DNA of 64,000 nt from NCBI GenBank assembly GCA_030324005.1, contig JARDVH010000097.1, positions 79,151,651 to 79,215,650 of the forward strand, given 5' to 3'. Shown piece by piece: positions 24,505 to 37,622 of this stretch. The DNA comes from Negaprion brevirostris. Taxonomy: Eukaryota. Numbering within the stretch: the stretch's first letter is position 1; each line of letters starts with the position of its first letter. The position numbers and the translations under genes are program-made. Below the pieces are notes generated by a model. It searched no databases. It was not told the DNA's origin and saw nothing but the letters and a program-made list of their open reading frames with translations.

Positions 24505-25415
24505 CTCTGAGAAAAGAGGCATGCTTTCGAAGCTGTTTGTTATTGCAGTTCATTAGGGCTGACGTGATGCCAGATTTCAAAGGAAGCAACAATTTATGTT
24601 ACATGAGAAACGGGTGCTGATTGACTGGCAAGTTGGCTTTAATGAGCAGAAATGTTACCATGGAGAATGTGCCACGGAGCAGTTGTCCCCCATGTTTTTT
24701 AATTCAAAAAGGGACATTTGGATTTTGTTCAATGTGTTGTTCAGAATCACATGTAATGTTTAACATTATTTTTGCAAGTGTGAGCTATTTTCCACTAAGA
24801 GAGTGCTGCTGTCAAGCAAAAAAGATGTTCTGTCTACCACACGAACAAGTACTTTGGTAAATGAGTTTCAGTGCCAATGAGTTGCCAGGTATGTAAGCTG
24901 AATGTCCCAGTGACTGGCTGATCATGTCAAACAGCATGTCTCTTGGGCTGTTTGCAACTGGTAGTGTACTTAACCGTACTTAGCCAGCTCATGCTTGCAA
25001 AATTCAGAACATAATGTCCTACATAAATGTGATCCCACAATTGGACAGCACTTATGTATGCGCTAAGAATAACATTAATAACCAGTTCAAGATTATCAGT
25101 TGGAATAGCAATGTAGCCTTTTAGCATTTGCTGGAAGCTACATCTGTATTCATATGCAAGGAATTTCCTTCTGCAAGCAAAAGGAAAATGTCCTAGCGTT
25201 GCACCTTTTTTGATTTAAACAAAAATGTGAGGGACAGTAACTCCCTGGTGAATTCTCCACAGCAGCACCGTGACCGATTTAGAACCAGCCTGTCAATTAA
25301 TCAGCACCATCTTCTCATGCAGTTTAAATTGTTGCTACCTTTGAGATGTGGCATTTATGCATCTGTCCTGATGAGTGCAGGATGTCTCCTTTTTCTAGCA
25401 AAGCTCAGGTTCTGT
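24505..25415 (+). mobile_element. Penelope-like element: GIY-YIG remnant between inverted pseudo-LTRs
   Basis: KDVLSTT..LVNEFQCQ.VARYV..SQ.LADHVKQHV; CDPTIGQHL; NQFKIIS; HLLEAT. 24510-24670 is an inverted copy of 25245-25400. Confidence 0.82.
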
Positions 25416-25654
25416 TCTACAAAGTGTCATTTATGAGATAGCAAATGAAGTAAAAGTAAGGAAGTTTTCAACAATGAGAAGCTATGCGGTAAGCAATGTT
25501 GGTAAAGAGAGTGGCTGAGAGGAGCAGAGAAATTGAAATGGCCAATGTCGTGCTGATGGTTCTCGATGAAAAGATCAAGAGCAGGTAACAGGCCAGATGG
25601 AGGGGTCCAGGTGGAGGAGATTGCTGGAGATGGGTGAAAGAATCTGCTAAAAGG

Positions 25655-26405
25655 GGGGAGGATTCCAGGCTCTCAACTGGACCTGGAAAAATTTATCAGA
25701 TTTGTTTACAGTTTCCATCCTCCTCTCTCCTTCATCTGGTCCATGTCTGACACTTTTTTTCTTTTCCTTGACCTCTCTTCATTTCCAGTGATAAACTGTC
25801 CATGAGTACCCATTCCAAGCCCACTGATTCCCACAGTTACCTTGACTACAGCTCTTCACATCATACATCCTGTCAGAGCTCCATCTTTCTCTCAGCTCCT
25901 TTGCTTCTACCGCATCTGTTCTGATGCCAGTTTTCAAACTAGCGCTGCCTTCTTATGGTTGACATGGCTTTTGATTGCATCCCACCCATCCTTGGGTCAC
26001 TGCTCTCACCACCACCACCGACTCCACACATCTTCCCCTCCCTCTCTGTCAGCTTTCTGCAGGGACTATTCACTCCGGGACACCTTCGTTCACTCCTCCA
26101 TCATTCCCAACACCTCACCCCATGCAATCGTAGAAGGTGCAACACCTGCCCCTTTACCTTCTCTCTGCTCACCATCCCAGGTTCTAAATACTCCTTTCAG
26201 GTAAAGCAGCGTTTCACATGCACCTCCTCCAATCTGGTCTATTGCATTCGCTGCTCCCAGTGGGTCTGCTCTACATCGGAGAGATCAAATGCAGATTGGG
26301 TAGCTGCTTTGCTGAACACCTTTGGTCTATCTGACCCAGACCTTCCTATTGCTTGCCACTTTAACACACCACCCAGTTCTTCTGTCCTCATGTCTGTCCT
26401 TGGCC
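25655..26405 (+). mobile_element. Penelope-like element: RT C-terminus and GIY-YIG endonuclease
   Basis: PCNRRRCNTCPF..FQVKQRFTCTSSNLVYCIRCSQ, then frameshifted LYIGEIKCRLG; PDLPIACHFN. Confidence 0.88.
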
Positions 26406-26509
26406 ACCGTCACCCCATTTTGATCTATTTTTCTTTTAATCTCATTCATCCGCTTTCGTCATCCTTCTTTCTCACTTCCGTCTTTCACTTCTCCTTTCCT
26501 GTTTTCCAT

Positions 26510-26727
26510 CTGCATGTTTGCATGTTTTCCCTGTATCTGCATGGGTTTCCTTTTGGGGCTCTGGTTTTGTCCCATAGTCCATGCTGGTTGGTGCATTGGC
26601 CATGCTAAATTCTTCCTCTGTATACCCAAACAATGCCGGAGTTTGTCCAGGGTGACTTGGGTATTTTCACAGTAACCTCATTGCAGTGTTAATATAAGCA
26701 TACTTGTGACACTCATAAAATAAACTT
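26510..26727 (+). mobile_element. V-SINE (HE1-related) 3' half with non-CR1 tail
   Basis: V-domain TTTGCATGTTTTCCCTGTATCTGCATGGGTTTCC; tail CTTGTGACACTCATAAAATAAAC. Confidence 0.75.
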
Positions 26728-26740
26728 TAAATGAACTTTC

Positions 26741-27817
26741 AAACAGAAACATCAGATGGAAATAAGGTGAATTGGAGTCAAACTTCGAATGAGAAATAAA
26801 GTGGGAGAGAAAAATTCAGTTAATGCAAAAAATTTGAAGTCTTTATATTTTCTGTTTTTTAAATCTTTCTAAACTTAACCAATCTGATAAATGCCTTAAA
26901 AAAACATAGCTAGTTAATTTCATTCCAGAGTTTGAGATTATCTTTGTTGTCTTCAGTCAGTTGCACCTGCAAAAGGAACGTTAATTCTGTACCAACCACA
27001 CAGTTCCCAACAGGAACACTGAACCACATCAATTAAATCACACAACTGTTGTTTGGACAATATTTTCTATAAGTGACAAAAAGTATCCCTTAAGATTGCT
27101 TGCATGAAATGTTATTTTTCATATCTGCTATTATTGACAGGTATACCTGTAAGTCTGTTAGATTGTCACACTTTATCTATCCATTTCAAGAATGGCTAGA
27201 ACCTGTTGTGTATCAAAGCATTCACCTGCAGGTCGTGATGTATCTGGCTTAAGAATTCCTAATTTTACGGTTGTGTTCCCAAACAAGGATATCCACTTTT
27301 TATTGACATTAATCCTTTAATTTCAACCTGAACACCCAAACAGAAAGTCAGGCATGAAAAGTTGCATCAAAAATATTTTTATAATTTCTATAAATGCACA
27401 AGTTATAATCAGTCAAAAAAGTTAGCATCCAATATCAGCTGTGAAGCTCTACACATCATTTTTTAGTTCCTGTGTTACAACTGGGATGGGAGGAATATGC
27501 AGATTCTGTAGACGCTCTGCTCCATGGGTTATAACAATGTTCATTTCACTCACCAAAATGGCCTATTGTTATCTTCACTGTTAGATGCAGAATACAAGAG
27601 ACTTTAAAAAGGCTTTTCTTTCAATAAAATCAGAACAATTTATTTATTATGTAACAAAACCTCTTTTTTAAAAACATTGGTTAAGTTTAGAAAGATTTTT
27701 TTAAAAAATGAAGACTTTAATTTCTTTTTACGTTAATTGTATTTTTCTCACCCACTTTATTTCTCTTTATTTAATTTGACTCCAATTCACCTTATTTTGA
27801 TCTGTCGTTTCAGTTTC
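26741..27817. repeat. Long imperfect inverted repeat (about 145-bp arms), probable non-autonomous DNA element
   Basis: AAATAAGGTGAATTGGAGTCAAA...AAATCTTTCTAAACTTAACCAAT (26760-26883) versus ATTGGTTAAGTTTAGAAAGATTT...TTTGACTCCAATTCACCTTATTT (27676-27798). Confidence 0.8.
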
Positions 27818-28455
27818 TTTCTCAATTCTTTAAAAAAAACAGTTGAAATGGACTGTTAGTTCTTTTTAGACTAACTTCCCATTTATTTGAGGTACCAAAG
27901 GAATGCTGCCCTGATTTCTTGCAGTTTATCTGTAGAATTAGGTCTATGACATCCAAAAAAAAGGCAAATGCACAGTCAGTGTGTGCTTTTATTCTAGAGT
28001 AGTGCCTGTCTGAGGAATGATATTTGGCCCTTACCTATTTCATGTATTTATTTAAATTGAGTGAATGAGATCAAGATGATATTTGAACTGCTGTTGAGCC
28101 ACATGGCATTCTATCTGGTTAATATACAATCTGTAATCGGAAACAATCCCAGCACATGCATATGCATGTGCGCACACAAAACAGATCAGGTCTCTGCAGA
28201 CATCGGTGTAAGGGAATGCTATAAAGAGAATAAAGTTCTTAAAGGACTTGATGCAGTCGATCTGACAGAGCACAGCTCAGTTCTCTGGAATCTGATCAGA
28301 TGGATCTTCACTGAAATGCTCTCTTTGCCAACTGTACTTGTTGCAGCTTTGTTGGCTTTCAGGATGCATGAATTAGACAGATGAAAATTTTCTGGTTGAA
28401 GGGGAACACTCCATTTGGACTGCAGGCACGACAGGGAAAGAGGGGAGCAATCTTT

Positions 28456-28540
28456 GTGACTTGGACAGGTTGCAGAGCTGGGCCGCGAGGTGGCGGATGG
28501 AGTTTAATGTGGAGAAGTGTGAGGTAATTCATTTTGGTAG
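28456..28540 (+). mobile_element. CR1 RT fragment
   Basis: DLDRLQSWAARWRMEFNVEKCEVIHFG. Confidence 0.9.
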
Positions 28541-28625
28541 NNNNNNNNNNNNNNNNNNNNNNNNNNNNNNNNNNNNNNNNNNNNNNNNNNNNNNNNNNNN
28601 NNNNNNNNNNNNNNNNNNNNNNNNN

Positions 28626-28785
28626 CTCTTTGATTACGGATTCAAGCATTTTTCCTACAACAGATGTTAAACTAACCGGCGTATAATTCCCTGCCTTTTG
28701 CGTGCTACCCTTTTTAAACAGTGATGTAACATGAGCCATTTTCCAATCTTCTGGCACTTCCCCGGAATCCAGCGAGTTCAAATTT
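28626..28785 (-). mobile_element. CR1 RT fragment
   Basis: SLDSGEVPEDWKMAHVTSLFKKGSTQKAGNYTPVSLTSVVGKMLESVIKE. Confidence 0.9.
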
Positions 28786-29029
28786 TGCCCCATAATTAGA
28801 ACTGCAGAAACTCAAACTAGGGTAGCTGTCATATCCTAAGTGATGTGTACATTGAGTTAGTAAAGTTTTGCCTTATCTATTAACACCTCAGTAATAACAT
28901 TTCCAAGCTTTTTTTTGTGTTCTCTAAAGCTATCTGACAGATTCATGAGTTAGCTGTTACTGCAACTGAGTGTTGGAGTCATAGAATCTATTACTGAATC
29001 AGGGACAGGGACTCAACCAAATTAACGTA

Positions 29030-32000
29030 AACAAGATAACAGAAATGGAGAAATTAATGGCACTAAAGATGGACAAATCCCCAGGACCATATGTCAGTAT
29101 TTTAAAATAAGTTCGAGTGAAAATTCTATAATCTTCCAAGTTCTCTTGACTCTGAATTTACATTTCCCTTTACATAGGGAAATTGATCATGTGACTCTCT
29201 AAGAAAGCTCAAAGGAAAACCAAACAATTATAAAGCAGTTAGTCTAATGTTATTGAAAAATTGCTCGTCTGTAATTAAATACAGTATGACAGAACGCCTT
29301 GAAAATTTTCAAGAATTCGTGTTTAATGAACCTGATTTGAATTTTTTTTTTGAAGAGGTGACTGAAGACAGGGAAACCTTTTATATGGATTTCCAGAAGC
29401 ATTTAATAAAGTCCCTTTATAAGAGGCTGTCAGTTGATGTTCATGGAACTGAAGGCAAATCATTGACCTGGCTAGGAAATTGGTTGATTGGCAGAAGATG
29501 GAGAGAAGGGATAATGCGTGTAGTTACTCTACTTGGCAGAATGTAAGAATATAAGAAATGGGAGAAGGAATAGATCATATAGCCCCTCAAGTCTGCTTTG
29601 CCATTAAATATGCTCATGGCTGATCTTCTGCTTCAGCTCCCCTTTCTTGCCTATCTCTCCAATTCCTTGACTTCCTAAGAGACCCAAAATAGATCATCAG
29701 TCTTAGTCTATTATGAGTGTGATGGAACATCTGCAAACTTCTGGGGCAGAAAAAGCTACAACAAGAGCTTATAATAACATGAAGCCTTAACCAAATGAAA
29801 ATTCCAAAGTTGTTTCAGAGAAGTATTTTAAAACAATGTAAGAAACCACTCCTTCCAAAGATTCTAGCCTTTGGAGTAAAGAAACTTCATCACCTTAGCC
29901 CTAAAAGATTGGCCCCTTTATCCTAAGACTTTACATCAGTGTTCTAGAATCCCTAGCCAAGGGGAAACAACCACAGTGCTTCAATCCTATCGTGTCCCCT
30001 TCAAACTCTTGGTTATTTCGATGAGGTAGCTCTCATTTTTCTAAACTCCATATAATATGGGCTGAGTTTATACAGCCTTTGTTCACAGGACAACCCATTT
30101 CTCATTTGTGACTATTGGTATTCCACAAGTATCTGTGTGGGGACCTCTTTATTAATTCATGACTTTGTGGGGATAGGAAGTCAGGTATCCAGATTTGTTG
30201 ATGGCATAAAGATTGGTGGAAACAAAGTTACAAATATACATTGATTAAAGTGAAAAGGCAAAACTGTGGAAAATGGATATTAATGTACACAAACATGAGA
30301 TCATCCACTTTGGTTCTGAAAAGCATAGAACAGGATAATTTCAAATTGTGAAAACTGTAAAAATAGTACATGTCCAAAGAGACTTTGGTTTAAGTTCACA
30401 CATCACTAAAATGTTATGAACTAGTACAAAATAGTAGACATGACACAAGTGGTTGCGAAGTGACCAAATGCTGGGACCTGAGTATTGAAGGATATCTGAT
30501 ATTTATGAAGGACAAAAGGAAAGGAAAAAAGGGTTTGGATAGCTGTGTTAATAAAAGATAAGATCAGCTCAGTCGTGACAAATAATCTTGGTTCAGAAGA
30601 TCAAGGTGTAAACTTCATTAGGGTGGAGATGAGAAATAGCAAAGGAAGTCACTGGTCGGAGTAGTTCATAGGCCTATTAGGTACACAGCAACAAACAATG
30701 GAGGCTTGAAATAAATATACTGTAATTGTGGGTGACTTTAATCTTCCCATTAATTGGACAAATCGAATTAACCAATATAATCTGGAGGATGATTTTACAA
30801 CAGTGAATTCAGGATGGTATCTTAGACAGTACATTCTGGAATCTGCCAGGGAGCAGGATATTTTGGATTTGGTAATCCATAATGGGACAGGAAGGACCTC
30901 ATTGCAACAGATCTTCCAGGCAAAAGTGATCATAACATGATAGAATTCCACGTTCAGTTTGAGAGTAAGAAATACCTTTTCAATTGCCTTCACTTAAGTT
31001 TAAGGTAGAATTAGCTGAAGTAGACTGGGTAAATAGGTTTAAAAATAAATGATAGGCATTGGCAGATGTGAGAAATCTTAATGGGACCTTTTTTAGAGAG
31101 CTATTTTACAATACTCAACAACAAAGTTTTATTGAAGAACGACTATCAGAAGGATGCACCGTTCTGTCCAACCAAGAAAGTGGTTCTTTCTTGATTCTTT
31201 AAAAAAAATTGATCCTTTAAAAAAAAGGTGCACAATGCTGCGAAGATTAGTGGTAGGCCAGAAGATTGGGAAAGTTTTTGAAACTAGCAAATGATGACTT
31301 AACTTCTTCCCCTCTACATTTTTTTATCAAGAACTATAAAAACAGATAGTAAAAGCATCTCCAAATTTATAACAAGGAAAAGAGTAGCAAACATGAGCAT
31401 TGGTCCCTTATAGACTTAGACTAGGAAATTAATAATAGAAAATGAGAAATGGCAGAGGTTTAGATTAAATATTTTTGTTTGCAAGAGTAGAAGGTACAAA
31501 GAGCATTCCAAAAATAGTGAGAAATCAAAAGGGAGGGAGAAACTTAAACAATCAATACAACTATAGAAAAAACAATGAAAATACTAATAGGGCTTGAGGC
31601 TAACAGATCTATTGGACCTGATTGCCTGCATTATAGATGCATAAAGGAAGAGGTTGCTGAGATACTGGATGCATTGGTTGTAATCTTCCAACATTTCCTA
31701 GATTCTGGAAAGAGCCCAGCATGTTGGAAAAGCACAAATGTAACATCTCTGATCAAGAAAGGTGGGAGACAAAAAGCAGGAAGTTATGGACCAGTTAACC
31801 CAGTATCTGACTTTGGGAAAATGCTAAAATCGATGATTAAGTAGGAAGTATCAGGACGTTTAGAAAATCATAATACAATCCAGAGAAAGTCAATATCGTT
31901 TTGTGCGAGGGAAATTGTTTTGACAAATTTATTAGAGTTCTTTGAGAATGTAACAAGCAGGGTGGATGAAGGGGAACCAGTAAATGTAGTGCATTTGGAT

Positions 32001-32390
32001 TTCCAAAAGATATTTGATTTAGTGCTACATCAATGTTTACTGCACGAGAAAAGAGGTTAAGGTGTTGGAGGTGATATATTAACATGGAAAATGTATAGGT
32101 TACTTTCTACTTTTAAAAAGTATAGGAAATAAAGAGTTGGGAAAAATGGATCAATATTTCCATGCTGACAAACTATAATGAATGGAGTGCTGCAGCGATC
32201 AGTACTGGGGCCTCAACTATTTACACTGATATTAATGACTTGATGAAGGGATCGATTGTATCATCGACAAATTTGCTGAAGCTACAAGTATAGGTAGAAA
32301 AGCAAGTTTTAAGGAGAATACAAAGGGATGTAGATAAGCTGGTGAGTGGAAAATGTAACACATGAATATAATGTGGGAAAATGTAATGTC
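29030..32390 (+). mobile_element. Cluster of decayed CR1 ORF2 copies (a minus-strand CR1 3' end is nested at about 29545-30100)
   Basis: FYMDFQK; GDFNLPINW; REQDILDLV; GPDCLH..KEEVAEILDALVVIFQHFLDSGKSPACWK. Confidence 0.85.
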
Positions 32391-32719
32391 ACAATCCAAG
32401 CTGATACTGGAAAGGCTTGAACCCAGAGTAAAAACTTGGATTGATAGATCCTAACTTTACTGAGAGAATTCACAGGAGTCTGTTGATTAACTTTTCAGAC
32501 AAAATATAAAATATATAAAATATTTATTGACCCAGAAATATTGGACCAGACAAAAAGGTTGGAAAGATCTCAGTACCAACATGCAGTAATATCTTTACAG
32601 ACACATTCAGAATCAGACAGAAAATTGACAAATATCTAACATTCACATTCAGGCTAAGTATGCAAGCTGAAATTTTGCTACAATTGTACAGGGCATTGGT
32701 GAGACTGCGTTGGACACAG

Positions 32720-34510
32720 CCTGCTTCAGTATGGGAGGAGTCATGAATAGTGCGAAACATTGTGTAACCATATGCGAATATCCCTAGTTCTGACTTTATG
32801 ATGGAAGGAAGAACATTAATGAACAGTGAAGATGATTCGATTAAGGACACTACCCTGACGAACTCCTGCAGTGATGTCCTGAAACAGAGATGATTGACTT
32901 CCAACCGCCATCCTTTGTGCCAGTTATGATTNNNNNNNNNNNNNNNNNNNNNNNNNNNNNNNNNNNNNNNNNNNNNNNNNNNNNNNNNNNNNNNNNNNNN
33001 NNNNNNNNNNNNNNNNNNNNNNNNNNNNNNNNNNNNNNNNNNNNNNNNNNNNNNNNNNNNNNNNNNNNNNNNNNNNNNNNNNNNNNNNNNNNNNNNNNNN
33101 NNNNNNNNNNNNNNNNNNNNNNNNNNNNNNNNNNNNNNNNNNNNNNNNNNNNNNNNNNNNNNNNNNNNNNNNNNNNNNNNNNNNNNNNNNNNNNNNNNNN
33201 NNNNNNNNNNNNNNNNNNNNNNNNNNNNNNNNNNNNNNNNNNNNNNNNNNNNNNNNNNNNNNNNNNNNNNNNNNNNNNNNNNNNNNNNNNNNNNNNNNNN
33301 NNNNNNNNNNNNNNNNNNNNNNNNNNNNNNNNNNNNNNNNNNNNNNNNNNNNNNNNNNNNNNNNNNNNNNNNNNNNNNNNNNNNNNNNNNNNNNNNNNNN
33401 NNNNNNNNNNNNNNNNNNNNNNNNNNNNNNNNNNNNNNNNNNNNNNNNNNNNNNNNNNNNNNNNNNNNNNNNNNNNNNNNNNNNNNNNNNNNNNNNNNNN
33501 NNNNNNNNNNNNNNNNNNNNNNNNNNNNNNNNNNNNNNNNNNNNNNNNNNNNNNNNNNNNNNNNNNNNNNNNNNNNNNNNNNNNNNNNNNNNNNNNNNNN
33601 NNNNNNNNNNNNNNNNNNNNNNNNNNNNNNNNNNNNNNNNNNNNNNNNNNNNNNNNNNNNNNNNNNNNNNNNNNNNNNNNNNNNNNNNNNNNNNNNNNNN
33701 NNNNNNNNNNNNNNNNNNNNNNNNNNNNNNNNNNNNNNNNNNNNNNNNNNNNNNNNNNNNNNNNNNNNNNNNNNNNNNNNNNNNNNNNNNNNNNNNNNNN
33801 NNNNNNNNNNNNNNNNNNNNNNNNNNNNNNNNNNNNNNNNNNNNNNNNNNNNNNNNNNNNNNNNNTCATCCTCTCTCCTTGCCTCTCGAGTTGAGCTGTT
33901 TTGTTGTTGACTGAACCAAGGCTGTACTGAGCTCAGGAGTCGAACTGAAACTGAGTTTCAGTGGACAGGTTATTACTATGCTATTGTCACTTGATAGCAT
34001 TGTTGAGGACCCTTTCATCATTTTGCTGATGATGGAGAATAGACTGGGGTGCTATTTGGCTGGGTTGGATTTGTCCTGCTTTTTGTGTATAAGCACAGTG
34101 AGAAGTCTCACAACACCAGGTTAAAGTCCAACAGGTTTATTTGGTAGCACAAGCTGTGCTATTGTTGGAATATGGTTGGGGCCCTTAAATTTCACAGGGC
34201 CTTTGAGAACGTGGTAGTCAACCTCCCTTTTGAACTGCTGGAGTCCAACTGATGTTTTTCCCTCCAGAGTTCTGTTTGGAAGGGAGCTCCAGGATTTTGA
34301 CTCAACGATGTGAAGAACAGCCATATAATTCCAAGTCAGGATGATGCTTCATTTAGAGGGGTACTTGCAGATGTTAGTTTTCCTAGTAAATATGCTATCC
34401 ATGACCTAGGTGTTAAAGGTCACAGATTTGGAAGATGGTGTTAAAGAGCCTAGGCGAGTTTCAGCTGTGTGTCTTATGGATCTTGCATACTATGTCCGCT
34501 GTCGCTGCTA
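32720..34510 (-). mobile_element. Second CR1-clade LINE family fragments spanning gap 32932-33865; Penelope-type short repeat at about 34095-34156
   Basis: FINVLPSIIKSELGIFA (RT) and KSWSSLPN..GLQQFKR 3' region; similar to 48070-49440. Confidence 0.7.
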
Positions 34511-35399
34511 AATCGCAGATCCATTGTGTCTATTACATAATTACATAGATTACAGTTGAAACATATATATGTCTCCATTTGTAATGGAACAAGTAGCCAA
34601 GCTTGATATGTTGCAAATTCACCCCACCACCCTTCTTCCCCACTGACAATGTAAGGTTTGCCCTGCCTCCAATATGGGGAAATTGTATTTACATAGCAGT
34701 TGCTATTTTAACTGTGGATGTAGGAACCTGTAATAGAAAACAATTAGCAGATAGTACATAATTTTAATCTGGTACATGCTTACTATATTTCCTAAACAAC
34801 CACATTTCCTGAAACGTGGTAACCTAAGCTTAATAAGTTTAATTTAGTATAAAAGGATTTGTTATAATTATCTAAAATGGAGGAAAAATATTGTCCTTAA
34901 TAACTGAATTCTTTGATCTAATTACAGAATGTTTAATAAATAATGGTTAACTTGTTCCAAATAATTTTCATTGAAGAAAGCAGTGTTCAAGAAACAGGAC
35001 ATAGCATTAAGCGAAAAGATCGGCAATTGAAATCAGTCATTAATTAATACAACACAATAAAGTCTTGTTTAAGTATTTAGATAATCCTCACCTGGCATGT
35101 TTTGGGTGAACTACACTCTTAATATTGTAAGATTTATTCAGAATCTTAAACGGTATTTTTCGATTTAAGGGCTTAATTCAATTTAGGAACTTGTGTTAAA
35201 ACTCTTACAATCGGGGGAATGTAAATCCCAGTTGAAACAATAAAAATGCTTGTTTTAGTCCCAGTGCTTTTTAAGAGTGCTTTTGCATAGTGTCATTGCA
35301 TGTTGAAGCTGTCTTGTTGATGCAGTATGTACTCAGTGGCTAACAGTATGTTTTCTAAATGATGCTGCTATTATTGACTAAAAATAAACTTTCTTGTGT

Positions 35400-37115
35400 T
35401 TTTTTATTTATTTGTTCAGAGTATGGGTGTCATTGACTCGGCAAGAGTTTATTGCCCACCCCTAATTTCCCTGGAGGAAATGGTGGTGAGCTGCTGTCTN
35501 NNNNNNNNNNNNNNNNNNNNNNNNNNNNNNNNNNNNNNNNNNNNNNNNNNNNNNNNNNNNNNNNNNNNNNNNNNNNNNNNNNNNNNNNNNNNNNNNNNNC
35601 CCTGGAGGAAATGGTGGTGAGCTGCTGTCTTGGACTGTTGCTGGTATGTGGTGTAAGTACTGTTAGCAAGGACTTTGACCCAGCTACAGTGAAAGAATGG
35701 TGATCTAGTTTGTGGCTTAAAAGAGAAACTTGCACCTGCTGCTGCCCCAGTTTTTTGAGGTTCCTGGTTTGATATGTGCTGTTGAAAGATACTTGGTGAC
35801 ATGCTATAAGTGCATCTTAGAGCTGGTATACACTGCTGCCACTGTGATTTGTCCTGGATGGTGTCGAGCTTTTTGAGGGATGTTAGAGCTGCACTCATTC
35901 AGGCAAGTGGAGAGTATTTCATCATGCTCCTGACTTGTGCCTTGTAAATGGTGGACAGGCACTGGGGAATCAGGAAGGGAATACTCACCTCAATTCCCTG
36001 CCCCTGACCTCCCTTTTTATATGGTTGATCCAGATCTGTTTCTGGTCAATGGTAACCCCCAGAATATTGAGAGTTGGGGATTCAGCAATGGTAATTCCAT
36101 TGAATGTCAAGGGGAAATTGTTAGATTCTTGCTGGAGATGCTTAAGTGGCAAGTAACAGTCATGCTGTTCATCAGCCCAGCCTGATTGTTGTCCAGGTCT
36201 TGCTGCACATGGATACAGACTGCTCCACTATCTGAGGAGTTGCAAATGATGCTGAACGTTGTGCTATCATCCACAAACATGTCTTGTGACCTTATGATGG
36301 ATGGAACGTCACTACCCTAAGGAACCTCTGCACAGTCGTCCTGGGATTGAGATTGATGTCCAACAATCATAACGTCTTCCTTTGTGCTAGGTATGATTCA
36401 AAACAGTGGAGAGCGTTGTCCTGATTCCTATTGACTTCAGTTTTGTGTTCTGCCAAATACAGCCTTGATGTCTAGGACACTCGCTCTCACCTAACCTTGA
36501 CTTCAGCTTTTTTGTGCATATTCGGACCAAGGTGTAACAAGGTTAGGAGTTGCATGGCCTCAGTGGAATCTGAACCTCAGCATCAGCGAGCAGTTATTGC
36601 TGAGTAAGTGACACTTGATGGCACTGTCAACGACTTCTCCCACTACTTTGACTGAATAGATTGATGCGGTGGTAATTGGCCAGGTTGGACTTCTCCTGCA
36701 TTTTGTGGAGAAGACATAATAGGCAATTTTCCATATTGTAAGAAGTCTGACAACACCAGGTTTAAGTCCAACTGATTTATTTCTTATNNNNNNNNNNNNN
36801 NNNNNNNNNNNNNNNNNNNNNNNNNNNNNNNNNNNNNNNNNNNNNNNNNNNNNNNNNNNNNNNNNNNNNNNNNNNNNNNNNNNNNNNGACAACACCAGGT
36901 TTAAGTCCAACTGATTTATTTCTTATCAACTGATAAATAAATCGGTTGGACTTAAACCTGGTGTTGTCAGGCTTCTCACAATGTTTACCCCAGTCCAATG
37001 CCGGCATCTCCACATCAGTTTTCCATATTGCCAGATATATGCCAGTGTTGTAGCTGTACTGGAACAGCCTGGCTAAAGGCACAGCCAGTTCTGTTATAAC
37101 CAGCAAGGCCAGCAT
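35400..37115 (-). mobile_element. Second CR1-clade LINE, RT to 3' end
   Basis: Tail matches 49330-49440; MSAALTSLKKLDTIQDK; ELAVPLARLFQYSYNTGIYLAIWK. Confidence 0.85.
36739..37018. mobile_element. Hairpin Penelope-type short insertion with 12-bp target duplication
   Basis: GACAACACCAGGTTTAAGTCCAAC...GTTGGACTTAAACCTGGTGTTGTC; TTTTCCATATTG at 36727-36738 and 37019-37030. Confidence 0.8.
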
Positions 37116-37159
37116 GCCCTATGTGAGGTAGTGGTGAACTGTGTTGCCTGAAATAAAGC

Positions 37160-37447
37160 TTCGTGGCTTGAGAGGGCATTTTCGGGGGCAGTTAAGAGTT
37201 AACCATGTTACTCAGTGTCTGGATTAGAATGACAGATTTCCTTTACTAAAGGACGTTGGTGAACTAGCAGATGGGTTTTTTTGTGACAGTTGGGTAATTA
37301 CATGGTCTGATGCAGTTTTTTTATTCTAATTTTAATTAATTGAATTTAAATTCCCCAGCTTGTGTGGTGAGTTTTGAACTTTTGTCTCCTGTGCATTTGT
37401 CCAGGCTCTGGATTGCCAGCCCAGCAACATGAACCATTATTCTATTG
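37160..37447 (-). mobile_element. tRNA-derived SINE (older copy of the family at 60474-60843)
   Basis: Shares AGATTTCCTT..CTAAAGGAC.TT.GTGAAC..AGATGGGTTTT and GAATT.AAATTCC blocks. Confidence 0.75.
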
Positions 37448-37506
37448 TATCTCAATTCAACATTGCATCACAATCACTTAAAGTACAAAAGGGACATTAA
37501 TACAAT

Positions 37507-37622
37507 TGTTGGAATTCTACTGCCTTGCCTGCCCGAGGCTCGTAGGATGCCAATGGAGAATGCCATTTTGCGGGCCTCACCTGCTCCAATTCTGGGGCGG
37601 GTGAAGTGGTAAAATTCCAGCC
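37507..37622. mobile_element. Short MITE
   Basis: TIR pair GTTGGAATTCTAC ... GTAAAATTCCAGCC. Confidence 0.65.

Noticed and set aside
32850-33894. Longest ORFs in the track (334-339 aa)
   Set aside because: Almost entirely assembly gap
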